Below, piece after piece: positions 53,501 to 62,343 of a stretch of DNA of 64,000 bases. Both the position numbers and the translations under genes were made by a program. The stretch comes from a virus (lineage: Duplodnaviria; Caudoviricetes). The stretch is taken from the IMG/VR virus record IMGVR_UViG_3300020577_012633, positions 59,216 to 123,215 of that record. One strand, written 5' to 3'. Below the pieces are notes generated by a model. It saw only the letters and a program-made list of their open reading frames with translations. It was not told the origin of the DNA and ran no database searches. Within the stretch, counting starts at the first letter, position 1, and each line of letters opens with the position of its first letter.

Positions 53501-54107
53501 AGCAAAACCCTTTCAATTAAAAGTCCACTGGCTTCTTGCAAAAATAACAAGACTACGGTTCGCTTGCCGCTGCGCTACATCGTTGTTTTCATATTGAAAA
53601 CATTAGGTTCTTTAATTGGATGAATGCTGGCGACATCCCCACTCCACTGAACTGTTCCAATACAAAATAAATGGAACTTAGGCTCTCCATTAACTTCTTT
53701 TTCTACTGTCCTGGCTTTTGCATGTATATGAACTTCAGAAGCTAAATGCTCAATATCATTTATGACAACTCTCCATTTGCGACCTTCTGGATCATTTTGC
53801 CATTTGGTATTGAATCTCAAAAGTATATTATCATATTCTATCATGGTAATTCATTTTTTGCTTCTACTTCAATTTCTCTTGAAGAATAACATTCTGATAT
53901 TAATCGAAAATGTTGTATTTTTGGGCCACCAAGACCTTCATATGTTGCAATACGCAGTCCTTTAGTATTATATCCACGAGGAATTCTACAAACAACATTA
54001 TCTTTTGGACCAAAAGGATCTGAATCTTTTTCTATAGACCAACAAAAATCTCCAGCTAAAAGAAGTATTCCATCTTTTGTTATAGGAAGAGACTTTTTCA
54101 TAGTAAA

Positions 54108-54178
54108 CTGACCTACTAGGATTCGAACCTAGGCAACAGACTCCAAAGGACTGCGTGCTACCGTTACACCATAGGTCA
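54108..54178 (-). tRNA. tRNA-Gln(TTG)
   Basis: Loop CTTTGGA, cloverleaf. Confidence 0.9.
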
Positions 54179-54376
54179 ATATAATTATCTTCTTTTGGAA
54201 GACTTTATAGCAAGAAGTGCTTCTTGCATTTTTCTCTTAAGTCTAGCTTGTCTTTTACGATGCCTTTTTGCTGTATTCTTTTGCTTACTTGTCATTTCTT
54301 GCCTTTCTGATTAATTTCTGCGCCAGAAATATAATCATCGTATACATATGATGTAAAATTCAACCATTCACCAAAA

Positions 54377-54447
54377 TAGCCCGACAAGGATTTGAACCTA
54401 GACTAATTGAATCAGAATCAACTGTGCTACCGTTACACTATCAGGCT
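54377..54447 (-). tRNA. tRNA-Gln(CTG)
   Basis: GTTGA-TTCTGAT-TCAAT. Confidence 0.88.
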
Positions 54448-54733
54448 AAAACTTTCCAAACCATTCTTTTACGCTGCCGTCATTCCTGTCGTCTTCATCT
54501 TCTTGCGACATTCTTTCAAACTCTTTTTCTTGATTCTTGTATGCTTCATCATTGAATATTTTCATCATTCTTATGGCATGAGCGTATTTAGAACAAGATT
54601 CTTTATGACCAAAAGCAGGCTCTTCGCTATTATTACAAGTCATTTCTTTGCATTCATCGCATCGAATCTTCCATTGACTCATAACAGCAAAATATGCCTG
54701 CTTCTTTTCTTTATCAGAAATCTCTTCCATAAG

Positions 54734-54807
54734 TGGACCTGACGAGCATCGAACTCGCTTCCTCAACGTTGCGAACGTTGCGCTCTACCCAACTGAGCTT
54801 CAGGCCC
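54734..54807 (-). tRNA. tRNA-Ala(CGC)
   Basis: CAACG-TTCGCAA-CGTTG; G3.U70. Confidence 0.9.
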
Positions 54808-54811
54808 AAAA

Positions 54812-54872
54812 ACCAGTATGTTTGTGAAATAAGGGGTACGTTACAAGTGATAACCTTATTTCTTCGACTGGT
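54812..54872 (-). ncRNA. Minimal Y-RNA-like hairpin
   Basis: ACCAGT-CGAA-GAAATAAGG...CCTTATTTC-ACAAACAT-ACTGGT. Confidence 0.65.
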
Positions 54873-55081
54873 ATTTATTTCAACGACGGTGATGATAGTA
54901 AGAATGAGAATGATAGTAGTACGGAGCTGGTTGCACAAAAATTACAGTTCTTGGAGGTGGGCAATAATATGGCCCACTATCAACAACATAAGTTGTACAA
55001 CCTGTTAAACTCAAACCACAAACTGCTAACAAAAGAAAACAAACTAGTTTTTTCATATCTTCCCCCAAATATACTCTAAAG

Positions 55082-55154
55082 TGGAGCCTGCGAGATTCGA
55101 ACTCGCCGCCTATTGCTTGCAAAGCAATCGCTCTACCAAATGAGCTAAGACCCC
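55082..55154 (-). tRNA. tRNA-Ala(TGC)
   Basis: ATTGC-TTTGCAA-GCAAT. Confidence 0.92.
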
Positions 55155-55172
55155 AATAATCTATCAAACAAT

Positions 55173-55541
55173 TTATTTCTTATTTGATTCTCTTTCTTCC
55201 CAATGTAATTTTTTATGACAATTTGAACACAGAACGTCACACTTTTTCATTTCTTGTTTTATTCTTTTTAGAGAATAACCGTTTTTAATAGCCCAACTTA
55301 TTTCAAAGTCCTTTTCTGCTGAGTCTCTATGATGAAATTCTAGACAAGCTACATGACATTCGGAGCATTTTGCGCAACCATTTATTGTCTTAAATCTATT
55401 TATATATTCGTATCCAATTTTCATGTACTTATCTCTAAGAATAGATGAATTCTTGATATGCTTTTTCTTGTTTTTCTTATACCATTCTTTTTGATATTTC
55501 TTCTGGTAGGCTTTATGGTCTTCAATGTTTTTGTATGGCAT
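55173..55541 (-). CDS. Free-standing HNH endonuclease between tRNAs
   Basis: CAKC, LEFHH, CDVLCSNCHKKLH. Confidence 0.85.
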   Translation of the reverse strand: MPYKNIEDHKAYQKKYQKEWYKKNKKKHIKNSSILRDKYMKIGYEYINRFKTINGCAKCSECHVACLEFHHRDSAEKDFEISWAIKNGYSLKRIKQEMKKCDVLCSNCHKKLHWEERESNKK

Positions 55542-55596
55542 AATTTATATGTCCATATAGGACTTTTGAGTTTATAACTTCAATTTTACTTTCAAA

Positions 55597-55669
55597 TGCG
55601 TTCGGAGGGAGTCGAACCCTCAACTTCGGGCTTAAAAGGCCCTTACTCTGCCAATTGAGTTACAAACGC
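55597..55669 (-). tRNA. tRNA-Lys(TTT)
   Basis: Loop CTTTTAA, cloverleaf. Confidence 0.9.
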
Positions 55670-55742
55670 TATCTTTTACCATCATCGTCAGTCTGTTTTC
55701 GACATTTCATTGCAACACCATTCCTTTTTATATAAACACAAA

Positions 55743-55814
55743 AGCGGCTTCAGGGATCGAACCTAACTTGGGAGATAATGACTCTCCCCAGACCACCAAG
55801 GCCTAGCCAACCGC
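55743..55814 (-). ncRNA. Atypical tRNA-like RNA (6-bp D stem, loop GTCATTA)
   Basis: GCGGTT/AGCCGC, TAGGCC/GGTCTG, GGAGA/TCTCC, GGTTCGATCC. Confidence 0.55.
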
Positions 55815-56095
55815 ATCTTAATCATCTGATTGATCAAACTCAGAATCATCAGATATGTCAAAAGCTCTTGTATAATTTATTCCAATAAATTTAGAAACAT
55901 CCTCTAAGATTTCATCTATTTCTATATGCTCATTACCTTCATTACCGTGATATTCACCAGAAGCTACCTCAAAAAGCATATGCATTTTAGAAATCATTTC
56001 TTGTAAAATCTTTGATACATCCTGAAGACTTGGATCTTCATTATATTTGATATTATTTTTTAATAAATCAATAGCTTCTTGTGGTTTTATCATAA

Positions 56096-56170
56096 AGCTC
56101 CCGGTGGGACTTGAACCCACACACTTCAGTTTTGCAGACTGAGCCATTTGTCCAATTCTGGTACAGGAGC
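56096..56170 (-). tRNA. tRNA-Cys(GCA)
   Basis: TCAGT-CTGCAAA-ACTGA; U73. Confidence 0.9.
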
Positions 56171-56571
56171 AATTCTAAACTAACACCATTTATTCTTATT
56201 CTTATGAAGGGCATTTCTTTTGTTATTTATAAAACTTCGCGCCTTTTTTATTGCAACTTCTTCTGGAAGATTTTGTAGTTTCTTTATTTCTTCTAAGCTT
56301 TTCTTAACTTTATTTGGATCGGTTGAAAGATTTGCAATATATCCAATAACAACAGCAAGCGTTATTCCATTACCTTTAGCATGAGGGCTTGCCCAATCCC
56401 AAATCTTGTCAAAAATTCTCTGTTGAAAAGCAATAGCTTTCCAATTGATTTTAACTTTACAATTATTTTTCTTTCTAAGCAAACGAATTTCTTTTATTTG
56501 TTTAGAAAGAACCTTTTGTTGTTTGAGAAGTTCTTCCAATCGTTTCGATATTTCATCTTGCTCATTCATAA

Positions 56572-56642
56572 AGACCAGATCAGGAATCGAACCTGCGATA
56601 TCAGTTTTGCAGACTGAACCCTTACCACTCAGGCATCCGGCC
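56572..56642 (-). tRNA. tRNA-Cys(GCA)
   Basis: TCAGT-CTGCAAA-ACTGA; U73. Confidence 0.9.
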
Positions 56643-56645
56643 AAT

Positions 56646-56790
56646 AGCTAGTATATTTAATTGGTCTGGGGTTAGCTCTCTAATCTTTCGACTTTGAGAG
56701 GTGCCTTACCGTTAGGCTACCCCGCCATATTTTCAAAAGGCGGGGATAAGATTTGAACTTATAATGTTAACCCATTCCATTCGACTAGCT
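56646..56790 (-). ncRNA. YrlA-like Y RNA (circularly permuted tRNA mimic)
   Basis: Order: stem with GTCGAATG, T arm, closed acceptor CCCCGCC/GGCGGGG, D arm, 3' stem. Confidence 0.8.
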
Positions 56791-56825
56791 GAATTTAGTT
56801 ATCGGCTTTTCAGCCAAAACTAACT

Positions 56826-57143
56826 CTATTTCACTCTTTTATTCCAAGCCTTCACAGCATCTCTTACTAACCAAGCTTCCCAAGGTTCTTTTTTAGAACC
56901 ATTCTTACTATTAGTTACTACGACCTTAGCAGGACATTTTGTACAGAAAGCTTTGACTACTTTATATGAGTCTGTAAAGACTTCGCCGGAATCCCATGAG
57001 CTGTGCCAATTCCTTTCATAATCAAGCTTAATATCAGGTTCTTTGTTGCCGCAAAATGGACAAGGTTTAAGATTACGATGAACTACAGTAAACTTTTGCG
57101 TTCCAACCTTGCTAGTATCAAGATATTCTATATTAGTTTTCAT
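56826..57143 (-). CDS. Lar-like (restriction alleviation) zinc-ribbon protein
   Basis: LKPCPFCG..CTKC..AWNKR. Confidence 0.7.
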   Translation of the reverse strand: MKTNIEYLDTSKVGTQKFTVVHRNLKPCPFCGNKEPDIKLDYERNWHSSWDSGEVFTDSYKVVKAFCTKCPAKVVVTNSKNGSKKEPWEAWLVRDAVKAWNKRVK

Positions 57144-57604
57144 AAACTCAATATATCCCAAGCAGCAGATGCAGCTATAGGACGACTCTTATAAGTACAT
57201 TGACCCGTATTTTCATTTTCAGCCCACCACCAATAGCAGCCAGCTTCGATTTTATGTAAAAGTCTCCAGCCATGAAGTTGTAAAGTGGACCAACAAGAAG
57301 GAAACAAGTCTTCCCTTATTACATCAATCGTTTCAGCTTGAATAATCATTTCTCATCACCATAATCAATTAATTTGCCTTTTTCTATCGTATAGCGGCAG
57401 TTCTCGTTTTGATAACCAAAAACTTTATCAAGTATTTTCTTTTCTTTAAGAGTTATTTCGCCTACATGAAAAAGACCAAAAATATATCCTTGACAAAAAT
57501 CCATAGTTGATTCATGTCCAAGAGCTAATCTATCTGTAATGTTTTTCAACTTTGTTGCATTTTTGTCAATATTCTTTTCGCTTTTATTCATTATTTTTGA
57601 CATA

Positions 57605-58252
57605 CTAAATATTTCCTTTTGGGTTACTCAGAAACAAAAGTTGTTCTCTATCAGAAGTATGATGCTCATATTGTATGGGCCTAGTTTCTACATGATTGAA
57701 CATATTCTCAAACATAGAAATAGGATATAAACCTTCTCTTACTCCAAATACCATTTTACAATCTGGAGTAGCAATCTTTAATATATTTGGCATTATATCT
57801 TCAAGAGGATAATGATATCCTGCACTCAAAAATGACATAATAAAATCTACTTTATCAAGCTTATCAAAACTGTCAACTTCAACATTGAAACATTCAATGT
57901 TTGTGAGATTGTTCATTATGCAGAATTTTTCTGTCATTGATAAATCGTTATATATTCTTTTATTTCTAGAAAAACCGAACATCTTACTATTTATTTTAGC
58001 AGGAAAAGTATTTCCGTCTGCAAGTATGAATCTAGTATCATTCAATTCAGCAACATTTTTTACATAAACAGACATTCTTCCTAATCCGCAACCAATTTCA
58101 AGTAATCTTTTTGGTTTGCCAATAAGGTCAGAAAAAGCAGAATATTCAGCTCTTGATATTTCATCATATGCAGATTTATCAATGTGCAATTGAGAAACAT
58201 GAGCCAAAGCTATTTTCATAAAAGGGGTTGGTATGTCAAATACAAAAAGCAT
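57605..58252 (-). CDS. Class I SAM-dependent methyltransferase
   Basis: LLEIGCGLGR, SFLSAGYHYP. Confidence 0.75.
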   Translation of the reverse strand: MLFVFDIPTPFMKIALAHVSQLHIDKSAYDEISRAEYSAFSDLIGKPKRLLEIGCGLGRMSVYVKNVAELNDTRFILADGNTFPAKINSKMFGFSRNKRIYNDLSMTEKFCIMNNLTNIECFNVEVDSFDKLDKVDFIMSFLSAGYHYPLEDIMPNILKIATPDCKMVFGVREGLYPISMFENMFNHVETRPIQYEHHTSDREQLLFLSNPKGNI

Positions 58253-58255
58253 AAG

Positions 58256-58343
58256 CGGAAGCGACAGGATTCGAACCTGTGGGACTTTTTACATCCGTCA
58301 CCTTTCCAAGATGATGCATTAAACCAGACTCTGCCACACTTCC
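58256..58343 (-). tRNA. tRNA-Ser(GGA)
   Basis: Loop TTGGAAA, long variable arm. Confidence 0.92.
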
Positions 58344-58638
58344 AAAAGACAATTTATTCAAACCACTACTTCCAAGGATCATTTTCTATTTCTGCTCTAT
58401 TTGACATAATCTCGTCAATATTTTCTATTTGATTTCTCAATTTTGCATCAATTTTATCTATAAGTTCCCAAACTTCTTTAGAATACTTATCGTATTCTTT
58501 CTTTGTTAGAAGTTTAAGCCTTCTATCAAAAATTCTTTTTGGATATGTTGTTCCAAGATGAAACATAAGCAACCTGAAAAATTCAAGATGATCTGTTTCA
58601 GCAGCTATTGGTGGTTGTCTTTTTTTCTTTTTCATAAG

Positions 58639-58730
58639 CGGATGGTGTCAGAGTTGAACTGACGGTCGCCTATTAAAGACGACGGCGGTTTAGCAAACCG
58701 CTGGGAAAAACCGACATTCCCGTACCATCC
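58639..58730 (-). tRNA. tRNA-Ser(GCT)
   Basis: GCGGT-TTGCTAA-ACCGC, long variable arm. Confidence 0.88.
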
Positions 58731-59740
58731 ATTCTCAAATGCTAAACTCATGCTTAGCATAAACCTTAATTTCTTCTTCGTATTTTATTCGACTAGAAAT
58801 GATATTCTTTATTTTTTCTCTATCTCTTTTTTGCGTCTTAAGATAATCTTCGTCTCCTCTTGATGAACAAGGATAATCGGTAACATCTCGTATTTTTGCT
58901 ATTCTAATAAACTCAGTAGGAGATAAAAGCCATTTTTCTTTTGTTACTGAAACATCATAAACATTATAAGTACAGGAAGCTCTAACCTTGTTCTTTGTTC
59001 TATAAACAAAATATTCAGAATATTTATCAGGGTATATTGCGCTAAAACAACATGAAATAGAGGGAGCAACGCAAATTCTCTTTATGTCTGGTTCTCTTTG
59101 ATCAGCATTAACAATGCTTCTAGGAACAAAAGTATAACTAGAACCAAGATTTTTAGGAGTAACATGATAATAATATCTTGAAATTTTGCTCTTTATTATT
59201 TTTCGCATAAAATAAAAATCGACAAAGAATATTCACAATATTATACTTTCACAGTATCAAAAAAATAGCTATTCCCCAAAATCATTCCATCTTATTAATG
59301 GATTCCAACTAATATTTAGTTCGTCAAAGAATTCTCTATTAAAACCATCATCTTCAATCTGATCAAACTTCCAATGTGTTTGATAGCCTATCTCTCTAAG
59401 AATATCTTTAATATTCTGCAAAGCCTTGCGATTTCTTTTATTATATTGACTTTCAAACTGACGAACACCAATCTGTACTGAACAAGAATCATGAAGATCA
59501 AGAATAGCACAAGATATAGAAGCTGAAACTTTTAAAAGCATTTCTTGGTAAGCTTTTTCATAGAGAAACTCTTCAGATTCTACTTTTTTTGTTTCTCTTT
59601 TATTTTCAGACTTAATTCTTTCTTCACGAGCTTTTTCTAATTTTTTGCGAGCAGTATCAGCAGTCATTAGTTCAATAGATATTTTATCCATAATCACAAA
59701 TCGACTTAAACTTAGCTTACTGATACAAATTCACCATAAG

Positions 59741-59883
59741 TGGAGACGGTAGGAGTCGAACCTACAATAGTCCTTATCGGACAACCCGGTGTACAGTCGG
59801 GCTTGCTCGCCTTTTCTTTAGCATAATACAACTGATTATTCTAAAGATTGGAACTCGCTTTAGCTTATCCTTGCCGCGTCCCC
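59741..59883 (-). tRNA. tRNA-Tyr(GTA) with large D-arm insert
   Basis: GGGGACG/CGTCTCC, loop CTGTACA, variable arm GTCC/GGAC, T arm. Confidence 0.7.
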
Positions 59884-60183
59884 GTCAATTCAATAGTCTT
59901 TCGAAAGACTACGATACCTCTCTGAACAACATTTCGGATCAACTGCATCTATCCCTGGAATCAAAAGCGTAAAATTATGACTCTTTGGGAAATACTTTAT
60001 CCCGAACCAACCAGTTAAAGGAAAAACAAACCACATCAAAAGCAATTGTCTTCTTACTGTAATATATCCATCCAAAGCAGGATCAACCTTTATCGCAAGC
60101 CTTACAAAAAACCATTGTAAGATAAAAAAGTTTACGAAACCCATAAGAAGCGGTGTTTTTTCATTATTTTGCATATATTCCCT

Positions 60184-60687
60184 TTATGATGGTAATTCTA
60201 AATGTAATTTATCTTGATCTAGGCCGTATTTGGTTGGAGGAGCATTCTTTTTAAGCTGAACCATAGCATTATCGTTTATCAGCTCGGCTTTCGTCGCAAA
60301 GCCTCTATAAGTAAACCTAGCCCCATCTTTCAAACTGCCAGTCATAAGAACATAGTAATCGTTTTCACCAGTGCAATGAGGAGCAGCTAAAAGCCTCCCA
60401 TTTGGATGCTTTGTCTGTTTGACATCGACCTTTTTTCCAGATGGAAGTAAAAGATCCACTCCGCCTTTTCTAGCTCCAATACTAAGATCAGGATACAAAT
60501 TCATTAACTTTGCAAAAGCAAGTTCTGCTGCAAAGCCATCAGTATCAGTTTCTTCATTAGATTGATCGCCAATCTTTTTGTTTTCAACACCAGACGCTCT
60601 TGCTGTCTGATACCTTGCACGGCCAAAAGATACACAAAGCTTTTGTTCATACTCTTCAAGAATTATTTCTATTGGAGCTTTTCTCAT
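60184..60687 (-). CDS. PD-(D/E)XK-like nuclease fold protein
   Basis: AELAFAK, GVDL, VDVKQT. Confidence 0.55.
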   Translation of the reverse strand: MRKAPIEIILEEYEQKLCVSFGRARYQTARASGVENKKIGDQSNEETDTDGFAAELAFAKLMNLYPDLSIGARKGGVDLLLPSGKKVDVKQTKHPNGRLLAAPHCTGENDYYVLMTGSLKDGARFTYRGFATKAELINDNAMVQLKKNAPPTKYGLDQDKLHLELPS

Positions 60688-60770
60688 ATTCTTTTATCGC
60701 CAAAAAAAGAATATTACTCTGCAATCCACAAGCTTCCTCCCGGAATCGAACCGAGTTATCTGAGATACGA

Positions 60771-61433
60771 TTACTCAGACCATCTAGGACAATGAAATTT
60801 ACCGTATTCCTGTATCGCTCCAAACACCATTTGAACTATTTCGGTGCTATGAACGGAAATTATACAAATACCATATGGAAGTTTGGTTTTATTTTGTTTT
60901 TTAGGATAATATTCGCTTTTTATTGTTACTTTTCTTTTGTTTTGAGAAAGAAGATTAAGTGACTTTTTCCAATATTCTTCTACTTCTTCAATAGAAAAAC
61001 CACAATCGAGCCTGCAATTAACTTTCCATATAACCTCTTTACTGGATATATTGAAATGTTTTTGCAAAAAATCTAAAAACACTTTTAACAAGTTGCAATC
61101 AGAATTACAAATTTGTAAACTATTGCGACCTTTTGATCCTTCACCCCAGTAAAGCATGCAACCTGCTATAAAACTTGGATCAAGTTTACGAGCAATGGAT
61201 GCCCCCATTTTTTGCCACTCAAGTCGCTTTGCTAAAGCATCAGAAGATCTTTTTACAGAAGCCATAGTTGAACTTCTTTTTAGTAAAAAAATTTTCTGTT
61301 CCTCAGAAATTAGAATTTCTCTAACCCATAAAGAAACACTAGACTTAGAAACATTAAGAATAGAAGCAATTTGAGTTATTGAAATACCAGATTTCCTGAG
61401 TTCTATTGCTTTATTTTTTAACTTCTTTTTCAT
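60771..61433 (-). CDS. HTH + LAGLIDADG-like endonuclease
   Basis: N-terminal HTH (IASILNVSKSSVSLWV), AGCMLYWGEG, NSD..L. Confidence 0.65.
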   Translation of the reverse strand: MKKKLKNKAIELRKSGISITQIASILNVSKSSVSLWVREILISEEQKIFLLKRSSTMASVKRSSDALAKRLEWQKMGASIARKLDPSFIAGCMLYWGEGSKGRNSLQICNSDCNLLKVFLDFLQKHFNISSKEVIWKVNCRLDCGFSIEEVEEYWKKSLNLLSQNKRKVTIKSEYYPKKQNKTKLPYGICIISVHSTEIVQMVFGAIQEYGKFHCPRWSE

Positions 61434-61499
61434 TTGATACTCTCTTTTTAGAACCTTGTGCTATAGTTATATACTAGGAGTATCATATGAATCCTTCAA

Positions 61500-61574
61500 A
61501 GTTCTTGGCAGGACTTGAACCCGCAACCTCCTTATTACGAGTAAGGCACTCTACCAAAATTGAGCTACAAGAAC
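61500..61574 (-). tRNA. tRNA-Thr(CGT), carried inside the insertion
   Basis: CCTTA-CTCGTAA-TAAGG, complete cloverleaf. Confidence 0.92.
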
Positions 61575-61835
61575 ATATACGAACTCAGCGCATCGCCAGC
61601 AATGCTTAGGAAGCATTTCTTATGAGCTTCATCATCATTTTGTAACACATAGGTATTGAATTCTTATAAGAAAAAGAAAAAGCATGTTTTAGATTTTCTA
61701 TTTTGCGAAAACCATACTCTTTACCTGTCAAGGAAAGTATAGCATAATAAAACAAAATTAGAAATCGCACTGTTCTCATGACAATGTATACAATTACTTA
61801 AAATGTTTTCCTATATGTAAAATAAATTTACATAA

Positions 61836-61908
61836 TAGCGATACCAGGACTCGAACCTGATACTCAGTCTTATGAGGACTGCGCGTTTGCCCGTTACGCC
61901 ATATCGCC
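61836..61908 (-). tRNA. tRNA-Met/Ile2(CAT)
   Basis: CAGTC-CTCATAA-GACTG. Confidence 0.9.
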
Positions 61909-62343
61909 GTCAAATCTTCTTATGTTTTTCTCTATATCTGTCTAAATGTAATATTTCTTTCTTTCTTTTCTCTACAGCAGCTTGAGCATTTTCAAGTGAA
62001 GAAAAACAAGAAAAACTAGCAGTCAAAATTCCATCATGAGAAAGGTTAAATATTTTATTAGGATCTCTATCTTCTGGATACTTCCAAAGACTTAAACTTC
62101 CGCCTTTCAAAATAAACCTAACCATACCAGTTATAATCTTCAAATCCTTACTGTATGGATGAAAATGCCATACCTGCATACCAAGCTTTACATCAACACT
62201 ATCAGCCAACTTATATGGTTTTTTGCGAATGCAAGGTAAATATTTTTTACCATCACGAATCATCTTGTGATATTCTTTTGCATAGCCACATCGCTGACAA
62301 GTCTTGTCATCGTCAAATCTCATTGGCTCGTCAATGTTTGGCA

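Larger units (their letters stand above)
60731..61614 (-). tRNA. Split tRNA-Thr(CGT); halves 61577-61614 and 60731-60770
   Basis: Halves join to CTGAG-TTCGTAT-CTCAG; TCGTAT duplicated at both junctions. Confidence 0.85.

Noticed and set aside
53473-53580. tRNA remnant (TAGCGCAGCGGCAAGCG) upstream of the RF gene
   Set aside because: Only a D-arm-like string; no T arm or acceptor partner
58735-59208. ADP-ribosyltransferase fold (YHVT..S..E)
   Set aside because: Motif too weak to call without a profile search
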